From NCBI GenBank assembly GCA_051294905.1, contig CM119372.1, forward strand, positions 14,076,001 to 14,140,000: a stretch of DNA of 64,000 bases, written 5' to 3'. Positions 12,401 through 25,500 of this stretch are shown here, piece by piece. The notes beneath the pieces were generated by a model. The model made no database searches, had not been told where the DNA came from, and saw nothing but the letters and a program-made list of their open reading frames with translations. Within the stretch, counting starts at the first letter, position 1. Each line of letters begins with the position of its first letter. The DNA comes from Botryllus schlosseri (Eukaryota). Both the position numbers and the translations under genes were made by a program.

Positions 12401-15400
12401 ACCGGGCAAAGATTTGAAATTTTTTACCTGTCAAATTAAACATGACCATTTCTACATCGAAGCATTAAAAACCAACGGCTGCTGAAAAAAAATCATAAGC
12501 GAGCCGTTATTCTCCGTTACTCGTATAACGGCAGCTCGGAATATCTGTAATAAGTGGATTGTAGGCAGAAGTATATGTTTACCTTATCATATTCTCATCC
12601 TGCCCTAATTGAAACGAGCAACAATTTCTATTTCGCAATTTTATACTCAACATTTGGATCTGCCATTTTAGCCATCCACTTACACGCCATGTTAGTGTGG
12701 ATTGCAGCTAGAATCAGTAGGCTTACCGAAACAGCATTTCGCTACTACCCCTTCTAAAAAATTGTGATTCCCCCCCCCCTCCCATAAGGCGATCAATAAA
12801 ACTTCTGGCGGGTGAAGTCCTCCAGACCCCCCATTAACGACCGGGATTTTCACAAGAACTGGAAAACACGATTTGATGCGATATGGATTCGCTGTGTATT
12901 TGCTGTCAAGTCGCGCCAAGCGCGAATATTTAGGCACGTAATTTACAACTATAACTGTATTGTATGTTGGTAATTCTGACCTCCTTTCTGCTATATAATA
13001 AAACGATCTTGGAGTCACCCTAACGTAGCAGACGATAAAACTAAACGAAAAACTTTCGTGAGTCGCACCCAGAAATTGACATTTTTACACGGGGTTCATC
13101 ATTTTCCTCAGTGGGTGAACCGGTTGGCATTTTTATTGTGGCGCTGAGATTGAGAAGACTATTCGTCGCGACAATATCCAGCGCGGCTATGGACAATGAA
13201 AGAATACACAATGTTTTGGCCAAGATAGCATGTCTTGCTGTGTCGCGGCCGGAACTGAAATGCCTATTTCTGTAAATCATGCAATGGTATAATATGTCAT
13301 ATTTAGGTAATGATGCCATGACGTCCCATTTAAAAAGCAAAGACCTTTCTCTCATGAGGCCTTTTCATCGCATTATTATCTTCCAAAGATAACTTCTAAG
13401 AAGCAAAATAAATGTAATCGTGATTACTTTTCCAAAGTAATCGTAATCGACTACCCGCGGATTTTGCTGTAATCGTAATCGTAATCGCGTGATTCAGAAG
13501 TAATCGTAATCGCAATCGATTACATTCATGAAGTAATCACCCCATGTCTGTTGTCAACTGCCGACGTTTTGGTTGTCTATGAACATGAACAAGAATAAGA
13601 TTTTCCTTTTCTGTGAAACACCACTCTGCTAGTCTTGTGCAGGATTCAATCACGTAAAATGGTGTCACAATATGGACTGACTTAATTAGCACAGAACTTC
13701 GAAATTTACCTTCTTTTGAATAGAAAAAACAGTTATATGACTTTGCTCTCAATTGTGAGTAAAATGAATCACATTTCTAACAAAAGTTGACGTGGTCATC
13801 GACCTGATTATAACCATCCTGCGACAGGTTGCGTTTTCACTCCATCACTTGAATGCGGCCCGCGACACAAGTTGAGTTTTGACATCCCTGCCTTGTGGTA
13901 GCCTACTTATTTGATTTGTGATTATTTTCGATGATGCTATGTTTTGTCTACATATCACTTTTTGTCAGTTGAATTTAGAGTTTTGAGTGAAACGACTTCT
14001 GTAGTAAGATGCTTCTGGCCTGGTGGTCTCGACACTGATGACGCAGACCCCTACCACCATTACCCTGGCACTATATATCTCTCAATTGCCTGTAATGATG
14101 CTACTAATTTGCACGCTTGACAACTAATGATTCTGTTTGTGTTATATATCAAATTCAATAGTGTTACCAATAGGATTGTATTTAAAACAAACATGTTTAA
14201 AACAATGCCCTTGTTTGAAACATGTTTTTTACGACGTTTTTGTTTTTAAGCCATGACGTCACCAATATTCAATTGTGACGTCATAGTAGATCGGCATTGA
14301 CAATTGCAAATATAGGTAAATATAGCCCATTTGACGAAATATCTACGTATTACAGCTGTTGAACCGACTATTTTGAGGGTTCCAACCATCCCATATCGTA
14401 TACATCGGCTATATCGGGGTTAATTGTCCATAGGCTCGTAGGCTCAACATGTTTTTTGGAAAGTACCTACACAATTATGGCATGATTTCACAACTAAAAA
14501 AACACAATTTTTGTTTGAAAAGGCCTTTGTTTTAAACAACCATTTGTGTTTTTTAGAACGATTTGTTTTAAATGCAACCGTAGTTACCATGAATAATCGC
14601 TATTGGGAGCTGTCAATCAAAACCACTTTCTCAACCCTCCGGTTATATCTGTTGTTTCTGTTCGACATGGCCGATTCAATTCCAATGGCATGTAAAATGA
14701 TACGATTCGTTTTGACCATTCCACCTAACCTAGGGTTACCATATTTTGGGATCGGGAATGGAGGACATTTGTACCAAATCAGAAAAGTTAGTTCATCAAG
14801 ACTGAAAACAGCCGATTTTTTCAGGAACATTTGTTTAGTTGACTAAATAAAGGTCATCACTTTCATTCGGCTCCCGAATGACTCGCTCGAACGTCCGTAG
14901 TATTACCTGTTTAGCGTCATTTATGCTGATTTTCAGTCGAACCTGTCCATTATCCTAGCTGTATGTAAAGCTGTGAAGGAGGACATTTAGGCGTCCTCTG
15001 AGGACGTTTTCAAACACCTGAAAAAGGTAACCCTAACCTAACCACAACATCGTATTTTGTTCTTGGTAATCCCATCGCGCCATACCGTCGAGATATTCCG
15101 TGATAGCATGTCCTTGTATCTCGTAAACTATATCTCCGGACTGCAGTATCTTTGCTGAGACAGTGCGCCAAAGTAGTTGAGTGACTCTTACTTAGTAACG
15201 CGCTCCATGTGATCTTTTTGTCTTCTCGTCGCTCCACGTAGCTTAACGATTCATAATACACGTGGAGTCCAACTAGATTTTGCGAAACTTTTTCCTTCGT
15301 AGCGTTTTCCCAAAATGTTATCGGTGAATTGTAGTAAACTGCCTATTGTTGAAAGTAAATGCGATTTCTATTCAGAAAATTGAAAATTAGCTGAGTATGA

Positions 15401-18400
15401 GTATACGTGCATGATTTTTCGTTGTTTCACCTAAGAATACTTTTAGACTACTGTCACGCATTTTCATAATCATTGATAATGTGTAGGGCTGAGCGTATTG
15501 AATTGAGTACGCGAATCTGATTCGTGTAGCCTACCCTACCGATTCCTGATTTATTACATTCTCAACTATAATTTAATCCTCAAACGTGGCTTACATCGTA
15601 GGCCTATGTAACTCTACGAGATATCAACCTTTGTTTAGCTCATGGTTTATTAAATGCGGATATGTTGTAGTTTAATGAAAACCTTCCAATTTCAACAACC
15701 AAACAGCCCATAATTAACCAATTATAAATTCACTCAGAATGAATGAGAACGTTGTTGCTGAATTATCTCCACAAGTTAGCTAGTTGCTGACTAGCATCCG
15801 TGACAAGTGTTAGCCTAAAACATCCGGGTGTATTTCAATATGAATATAGGCTATTGTTCAATTGTATATCATACTCATCAGTCTCTTATCGATTAATTGT
15901 CGGTTGCCACATAATGATTCAAAATTACACTACATACTCATGCTCAATTTTGCCCAGCCCTAATGATGAGTCTCGGAAATATTTTTGTCCAGGCAAATGA
16001 AACAAAAATATAACGTTGGTCCGACCGGCGACCAGCACGCGAAATATTTTGGAAGTCAAACACTCAAAATCGTTAGTTTATGTTAAAATATTCGGTCAGT
16101 CTTTCATGGACTTACTGCGTTTGGAAAACTGCCATATGATATCTTGGATTCGTGTCGTCTTGTGTTGCAAGGTGGCTGGCACTCACAATTTTCGGGAGTC
16201 AGGAAAAGCTCCCTGAACACTGAATTAGGTCATATTGTTACAATAATACAATCTTTGACAAGTATCCATTTCTTCAATCTTACAGGAGACATTATATAGA
16301 CAGCTAATGGTTTCCGCTGGTGTACATTCAGGAAAATCAGTGGAGTTCTGGAAATGGTATAAAAGGCATTCGCACGATTCTGAAATAAACGACGGGTTGA
16401 ACAAATTGCATAGTCGTTCGGAAATGATGATGGGCACTGCGTAAAACTACATGCCCGAAATAGTCGCTGTAAAAACATACTGTGCACCGTTCAGTCACGG
16501 CTCCGATTGTCCGGTAAATCAACCATTATTCATTTTCCCGTTGACAGTTACTGTATTCATCCTCTACGGCAGAGTTCACCAACACGCGGCTCGCGATGTC
16601 ATATTTTGCGACCCGCGCTCTGATTTGAGATTTCGGAAGAACGATAAGTAAAGCATTTAGAAATGCCGAAATTTATTTCAGTTTCAAAATGAAGTTGTTG
16701 TTGTTTCAAAATAAGCTATTCGCCTGTGCCCAACATCGCTACCTAAAACGGCTTATAGGGCTTTCCCACAAGATCAAGCTTTAGGAGGAGACGCAGTGTT
16801 TCAGCTATAGTAACGTGCCTCGCCTGCCCCAATATTGATTCCTTAGTGCTGAGTTGGTGAAAAGCGTTGTCAGGTATCGTGCGAAGCTCATAGTTCAAAA
16901 TAAAATGAAATGAATTATCATGATATTTCTAGTCGTATTTGTACTACTTTTATAAAGTATTGCTTCTTCTGTGGTAACTATGATAGCCGCCAACGTTAGG
17001 GAGCCTGGCGTAAAGTTTTAAAAACGTGGTTGCTAAACTGTGTTGCATTTTTGTTTCAATATTGCATTCTTGCGGCCTCTACGAAATTTGAAAAGTGGCC
17101 AGCGACCCCTGCTCTACGGCTACGGATATGCATTGGCTTTCGCCCGCGTGGGACAGTTCACTAGGATTTACGATTGGTAGCCGATGTAATACGTAGGAAA
17201 TCATAAGCCACCCCTAACACACAGTCATCGCATAAAATAATGATTTTCACCTATAATTGCTATTTATAATGTATCCGAGGGCTTACGCCCGCTCGCTTGT
17301 TTTTCAGTCCTAGTCTGTTTTGAATGTGACATGCAGGGCCGTAACTGCCGCCAATTGGGGGGGGGGGGGGGGGGGTGAGCTTGAAGGGGGTGAAAATTAT
17401 TTCGCAAATACACATTATTTTTGATAGAATTATTATACGTGAAAAATATTTTCGCACTTCGCGCGGTTCAATGTCGCTGCATGTCTTGATTTTGATATGG
17501 ATGCCCAAATAAATCGAATTTAATTTCTAGAAACAGGCATCTCGGCGCCGGCCATTACCGCACCACGACACAGCAAGACAAAGTTTCGATCAACATGAGG
17601 CTCCGCAAATTGTGCTGCCAAAACAGTAGTGGCGAGAAACCCTTGGCCGAATATGATAGCCGCGTGTTGGCCGACACCTTGATGTATGTAAAGATATGTC
17701 CAAATCGTCAATTTTTTATATAGGCGTCGAATAGTCCTTGGTCTTGGCAATCTGAGTAAATGATGCACCCTATGAAGAAATGTCAACTCGTGAAAGAGGT
17801 TTTTCCTTTATTTTAGTTCGGGTCGTTTGGACGATTCAAATATCTTTTGACTCTATAGCAGGGGTGTCAAACATACGGCCTGCGGGCCGCATCCGGCCTG
17901 CCAGACGGTTTCATCCGGCCCGCGAAGCAATTTTGAGTAGATTGAAAAATGCGTGTATTATCGAGCATATTTCTGACAGCAAATGTTGGGATTTTTAGTA
18001 AGAAATACTTTCGTTAAAAATTCCCTCACGACAGCAAATGTAGAGTATGTTCATAGGTCATGATCATGACTATCCGACAGTGGTGTTGTGAATTCACTTC
18101 TGTCATCATTATAGGAACAAGTCGTTCATGTTGACACCCAATTTCGATAAGGCAAAAAAGTGCAAACACAGTTCAGAGTTTTATGGGAAAAGCGACGCCA
18201 ATGCGAAACCTTTATATGCAGGTTACATGGAGAATATAATGCATATATAATATAATAGTTACACGAAAATACAATTCAAATATCTGGGTTCAGCTCTTGT
18301 ATTCCTCAAAACTCACACGCAGGGCTGACGCCAGTATACGAATAAAACAAAGAGTGCATAGAAACATGACAACTCATATCATCGTTAGAGCCGCTGCTTT

Positions 18401-21400
18401 AGCCGTTTATAACTGGATTCAACCGCCCAGTCATCGTATTATTGCCATAACTCCATTGTTTGCGAATAAGTGTAGCTAGAATAGAACCCCTATGATCCGT
18501 AATGTAATGCTAATGTAATGCTAATGTAATGTAAAGGCTACCATTGTGTACATAGGCTTGATAATAAAGTATTCAAATTTTAAAAATGGCTTGAGTTTTG
18601 AGGTAATATTTTGGAATCATTTGATTCGTACGGCCCGCGAGTCATATGAAGGTTTGAATCCGGCCCGCGACGCAAGTTGAGTTTTACACCCCTGCTCTAT
18701 AGCGACAGAGAGGTCACGAAATAAGAATATTCAACACTGCGTAATTAATGACAATGCCCCCTCCCCCCGTAGAAGTATTATTAATTCATTAGGGCTCCCT
18801 AAGTTTTCGAAGACACCACGTTCCTCAGCTCTACCAGTAAAGATGATCACGTGGGCTGAAAGCGGATCAAAAGGATGAGCATGGGCAATTACTAATCTAA
18901 GTGACAAAATTCAATCCCATATTTGAACACTTCTTCTCGCGTGGCACGACCAAGTACCGCACATACAGGGCTTTGGAGCCGGAGCCGTGCATTTTCAGCA
19001 GAGCCGGAGCTCTACATAAAATTCAAGAGGAGCCGGAGCTGGAGCCGGTTCCATGAACAATAGCTCCGGCTCCGATGTATTTCAAAAGATGGTATGCTTT
19101 TACTGATGGCTAAATTCACATAATTTACGATAATCCTTCAAAAAATTAAGAATTGTTGCCTCGTTGGCCCCCCTTTTCTAACTAACCAGTAGCCATGCTT
19201 ATACATAGGCGCCAAACTTGGGTAGGCTGGATCAAAGTCACTCAACTATGACATAGTTGAGTGACTTTGGGCTGGATTTGCCGCGCTTACTCCGTAATTA
19301 CTGTATTATAAGCAGGGCTGTGGAGTCTGAGTCTGGGTAATTTTCGCTTGATGGGGTCGGAGTCGTGAAAACTATAATAGCCGGAGTCGTGGGGAAAATT
19401 CTGACTGGAGTCGGAGTTTGTGAGAATGACCCTGACTTCGACTCCGACTCCAACTTCTCTATCATGAAAACGTTTGCTTTCAAAGAATTTTCAATAGAAT
19501 TTTTATGTACCACCAATCACTTTTATTAACCATACGGATCAGGTGCGGCCAGCCCGTGGCACACAGGCCAAATTTGGCACACGAGAAGGTTAGGTATGGC
19601 CTGCGAGGTAATTCTCGAAATTATTTATGACATCAGGTACAATTGCAAGGCCAACCAAAATTTGACTAGCATGACCGCGAAATTTGATGATGACTAAAAC
19701 AACAGTTCTGACGCATTGACGTATCCAGGGGCCAGCCACATTTATCCCATATCTTCGTATATGACCATAAAGTAAAATATTTCATAGCAGATTTATTTGA
19801 CTTGAAATTATTCTCGGTACTTCGCATGATTCATTGTCGCTAGATTTCTTGCATTTAGTATTTGAGCCCCCTTCTGAAAATTATAAATACATATTATTCA
19901 CAGAATTGAGTCTAACTATATTCGCAATTAGGAGATAACGTGTCGTCCAACATGCGGCTTCGCTTGTGCACTCGCAGCGAGATCGTCGACAAAACATGTG
20001 CACAAAATGATAGAGGCATGTTCATTGTTCACTGATACCGTCGATTTTGCTAAACGTCGAATAATTCTGTCCTTGCCAAATGAGCCCAGTGGTATACAGA
20101 TGCGACCCCCAATGTATGTTAGCGACATATTTATTGATATAATTCAGTCATTATCTTGCAAAAAAATTTCTCGCTTCGCGCGATCAGGGTCTGATTGCGC
20201 TCCGCACAATTGCATGACATATTGTTATCAATTTTAGAGCGTATTAATATAAGTCCTGTTTGCAATGTTACCTAATTCGGTTCGCTCCTATCGGACGACT
20301 AAAAACAGGTTATCAACATTCCAGTTGCCCGCGCAATGGTTCGTAAATCTCATGTGCCCCTTTGGCCGAAAAAGTTGCCCACCCCTTATACAGATAAAAT
20401 TTGACATTACTTGCAAATTACAACTCAGTTGCACAGGGGAAGAAAATCGCAATATGCGTTTTCGCGATGCAGTCAAAATTGATGCAATTTTTGGAATTAT
20501 ACCATGATACTGTGACAGAGCGAATGCATCGGCTGGTTTTGTAAAATAGTAAAATGATGTAAATATGACCAAACGATGCTTCCCACTTGACAAAATTAAA
20601 AATATTTGTAGTGTAGCTTAGCTGTTTTGGTGGAACGAATGATTAAGAAAGACTGCAAGTCCCAATCCTTGAATACTTGATTAAGTACATGTAGACCAGA
20701 CATAGGCTATGGTCTTTGACTGCATAACTAAATTCCATTTATGACCAATGTCTATTAGTAGTAGGAGTGTTTGTGCTTGTAATCAGGATAGTGTGCAATT
20801 ACAAAATTAGTAAGTTCAATCTCTTTATTAGTTGCTGACTCATACACAGGAGCTACACTTGGTTTTTTATCTACATTTTTATTATACAGGATTGGATATC
20901 TGCCATATTTGAATGATTCATACATTTCAGGATATTAGAGAGTCCATGTTATAAAAACTTGAAAAAGGAAGGATATTTAGCAAATCTTTCTTTCATGTTA
21001 ATTGCATAGTGGATAATTCGAGCTGTGCCACAATGAAACAATTTAGCATGCCACCGTTAATCATTTGTGTGCATACGTTTAATGGTTGTATGATAGTCAT
21101 TCAACCGACAATGTGGCACATAATTTTCGAAGTAAATTGGTAATAATGCTGGAGTCGGAGTCGGTACGTTTAAAGACCCAGGAGTCGGAGTCGGTATATT
21201 GAAAATGTGTGGAGTCGGAGCCGGAGTCGGTGGTAAAATTTACCGACTCCACAGCCCTGATTATAAGTAGGCTATTGAATCAAATCAACACAACACCGAT
21301 GGCCAATTGTATGGTTCGAAAACTCATGAAAACCATGCGTGTCACAAAATGGGATTGATGCTTATGTAAAGCGAGCAATATGCCTAATAATTAGTAATGA

Positions 21401-22546
21401 GACGAATATATAAGCGACGCTATAGAATATAACTACGACCTTGCTGCACCAGTGCACATGTTGATTTAGAGGCGCGCATGCCGCACTCCGAGAAACATTG
21501 TCTCGTTTCTAAATTGGACGAGCAAATGCACGTTCTTCGTTGATAGTTTTTTTAATCGCAGCGCCAAATTGGATACTGTGTTATCTTTTTTGCCTATGAA
21601 TTGAAATTCATTCAAGCGCACGATCGTTTACTCCTGTATCGATTTGCGAACGTAACTATAGGGAAATGCATCGAAGCAAGCAGCTCAGATCGCTATTAGA
21701 GTCCGCATATCGCACAATTGCCGCGATGCAAGCTAGTCAATGCGGTGTCCGAACCCTGTCCTGCTGTTGAATGGGGGCAATTAGTGATTGAATACGCGCT
21801 TTCCAATTTCTAATCATCAATTTTATGTATTCAATTCATTCTTGTCTGCTTGATACACTCGTATTCTTGAATTGTCGCGCAATGTCACTCGTGAGCTTGC
21901 AGCATAATTGGTTACTGACTTGTACAGTGCACGGCGTTGAATTAAGTTCTCAAATATTGATGCACCACCAGATTGTCAGTGGCACTAATTTTGAGTTTAT
22001 ACGATTCTTTTGAAGGGGAACCTTCTATACTCCACTAAACTTGATCGACGACGGACGGACTGGTAACGAGCGCACCAATATCGAATTTGAACCCATTGGG
22101 TATATTTCGAAATAAGTGGATTTCTGCTGTTAAAGTCGCGACATTCACTCATTTCTGCAGTTACATCTGAACAAATCGCACCATTTCAAGATTAAATTGG
22201 ACTGTATGGCTTGACATTAACGAGCACAGTACCGGTATTAAAACATCCCATCACTGTTTTAATGCTGTATCATGTGTATTGTGTACAATGTACATGCAAT
22301 AACATGGAGTGAGTTGCGTTCTCGTGTGGATATGACGTCACCAACAGACGAAACGAAGTAATTATAACGTCACAGGACTTTGCATACCCCCACAAAATTA
22401 CGACGGCTACAACCGAACCATAGTTGCCGGAGCTGGAGCCGGAGCAGTGGTATCAATGAGCTCCGGAGCTTGGAGCCGTAACTAATTCATCATAGGAGAG
22501 AGCGCCGGAGCTGGAGCAGTTAAAAATTTACGACTGCTCCAAAGCC

Positions 22547-22583
<37 letters not shown>

Positions 22584-25500
22584 TACGTTATCGTGTAGTA
22601 ACAATGAATCCGGGGTTACGATAGGGTTGCCATATTTTTGAATCGGGAAAGGATGACAATATTTTCAATTCACAAAAGTTACGTTATCGGAATTGAAAAC
22701 AGCTGATTTTAAGATTTATTACCTACAAATCTTGTTGTGTCGACTAAACATAAAAAAGATCATCATTCCTGATTGATTCCCGTCTTACCCACTCTTTAAA
22801 GATACGGCTCTGGTGTTGACTAAAACAAAAAGGGACATCACTCCGACTCGACTCGCGAATGGCCCGCTCGAAAGTCCGCATTGCATATTTCGCGTTATCT
22901 ATGGCGTTTTTTAGTTGCCCCTGTCCGTTAGCCTAGCTGTCAAAACTATGAAGGAGGACGAATTTCAAAAAATGATGACAAAGGCGTCCTCGGAGGATAT
23001 TTTCGATTTTCTGAAAAAGGAGGACAAATCCTCCTAAAGGAGTACATGTGGTAACCCTAGCTTACGAGTAGGCGTGGAGGGGAGGCTGAAGTTTCGTTGG
23101 TGACCCCATGGGGTAGCAAAAGACCAACGCTGGGAGGTTGACGAGATGCTATTCCGGTTCTGGTAACATGGATCGACTTTTGAGTGGGCTAGAGCAATTA
23201 AGAGAGTATCCTGGATAGTTGATGGAACCTGCGTCAATGAGTATGCAGTATGCACCTCGTCGCAATTTGCCGTTGTAGACCGAAGGGGCTTACCTTCTAT
23301 GAATTCTCTGTGGCATTCCCGAAAGCAGTTCGCATGACTGTAGGTTTGGTAATAATTCAGGTTTTCCTTGTCTGGCTGACAGCGTCCCCATGGCTCATAC
23401 ATTATATTTTCCTAATCAGTATATGGAAGAACAAAATGAATCTAAGATTTTGAAAGGTCCTACAAACCTCTCCTGGATATCAAATGGAGCTATCATTACT
23501 TAATTGGCACGATGACACACCCTCTATGGGTGTTTTAATTTTGTTTCTAAGAACAATCCACGTGCGAATATAACGACGAGCAAGTCAAAGGTTTTGCTAA
23601 CGATTAAAGATTTAGAATACCCCGGTGCCTTCCTACCTGAATCATTTTGACAGTCACGAATGCCGTGAAACCCACCGGTACCGCAAGTCCAAACTCGTCA
23701 ACCTCAGGAACGCTAGTAGGTGAATGAACTTGAACCTTGATTCCGGCTCCCCAGTTACCGTACTCCGGCGTCTCCGTATATCCGTCCTGTAGAGTCACGA
23801 ACATTGTATACGAGTGAATATGTTACGTTCACCCGTATAGATGGGTTTAAAATGCGCGATCCCAAAAAACAGACACACAATTCTCAAGCATGTTTGTTTT
23901 GAAGTTGAAATTTAGTTTTGTTTTGACCCCGCCACACCCCCACCCTAATAATCAAAAAATACTCGTATGCATCATCGTGTTGAATTTCATCTACTGCAAA
24001 ATAATGATATTACGATTCATATTGAAGCGAGTTACTCCGTTGATCTGAGATGAGAGGTCATTTTCTGAATTACGATACTGCCATCGATTTCGATAAACTA
24101 TTGACAAGGCTAGTCTATATATATCCCTGGATAATGTATATTTGAAATTTAAATAAATTCCAGTTTACGACGCCACTATATTTTTCACGATCAAACGGCA
24201 TTGGAGATCACGTCACACGACAGCGTGTCCCGTAGGAGAAAAATAAGGCTGATAAAATGGAATGGTCCGTTCCTCGATGCGACAATGGCCCATACACTAG
24301 CAAAGACCGAAGCGACAACAACAACGCCACGTAGCTCATACCGATGAACCATAATTTGAATGAAAGAATAGGTGAGTTGGAGACCCCTGATTTAGGGCAT
24401 GGCCATACTTAGAAGTGCCCAAGCATTCACACAAAGGATAACAGACTAACTTGTCGTGAGTCAAGTATCATATAGAGTCCGCTTTTACTGCCGGCTTTCT
24501 CCACCCAGCGATCAGTTTTGAACGTCCAGCACTTTCCCATATTGCCGATCGTGTAAATGAAATCGTCCTGAAAAAAATTTTCATTTCGTGCATGATTTTC
24601 TGCAGTTCGCCCGCGATTCTGAATATATTGAAGAACAGCTCTTATGAATCGATATTAGCTTGTGTTCTTGGAGGTGGGCTACGTCGTCGCTGTGGAAGAA
24701 GATTAGCTTATGTCCTTACACATTTTGAGAGAATTAGGTTCTGATAAATTTTTCATTTTCTTTCGGCCTTATCTTGGCCATCGTGACAAACATAACCATG
24801 GCCAAGATATGACCGAGAAAAACTTGATTTTCTCAAAATTTGAAAAATGGACATTATAGCTATAGGCTACTTTGATTCCGCAGCGACAATATGGTGTTGT
24901 TGTCAGACGATAAACGGACGGAAATGCAGCCGACACAAATGATGTCACGAGGTCAACGATGACAAAAAAACAATTCGCGCATTTCGATTTCACTCTTTCA
25001 TTTTACTTTAATTAAGCTACAGCGGGGCCTACGGCTAGAGCAATAGAGAGTGATCATTAGACGTATAAAACACATTCCTCGGCCACTGTTACTCGTGAAA
25101 AGAATGCAGTTACCGCAGTACATTCTTCATTTCCCATTCGGCACCAGTACAGAGACTCACTCAGATTCCATCCTTTCACGATAGCGTATTCTCGTACGGA
25201 GCCATTATACATGTTGTTGAAATACTGGGAAAAGACATGATTTGATGACAGATCACAATGACAAACTAAACTTCCGAGAGTCCGCTCTGCGTAATTGGTG
25301 GCGACGATGCGTATTGCAATTTGAAAGTTGTTACCGGCAATCGACAAACGAGCGGTCAGAGACGGGTCCGTCTACTTTGTGCGTGTCGGCTATATGTCGA
25401 CTATGTTGACTATGGTCGTGTTGGAGGAGGAGGATATTACGGTCGGGGGAAAGGGACCCTAACCCACCTCCAACCCTAATATCTCCCCCTCCAACCCTAA

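Larger units (their letters stand above)
10318..13550. mobile_element. Non-autonomous hAT-type element with GTAATC/GATTAC subterminal arrays, carrying nested insertions
   Basis: TIR CAGACRTGGGGT at both ends; perfect 8-bp TSD TTGTCAAC (10310-10317, 13551-13558); GTAATC hexamer arrays at 10328-10480 and 13414-13538. Confidence 0.9.
18966..22549. mobile_element. hAT-type element with GGAGCC subterminal repeats, host of nested insertions
   Basis: TIR CAGGGCTTTGGAGC at both ends; GGAGCC/GGAGCT arrays; left flank CGCACATA, right flank runs into (CA)16. Confidence 0.85.
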
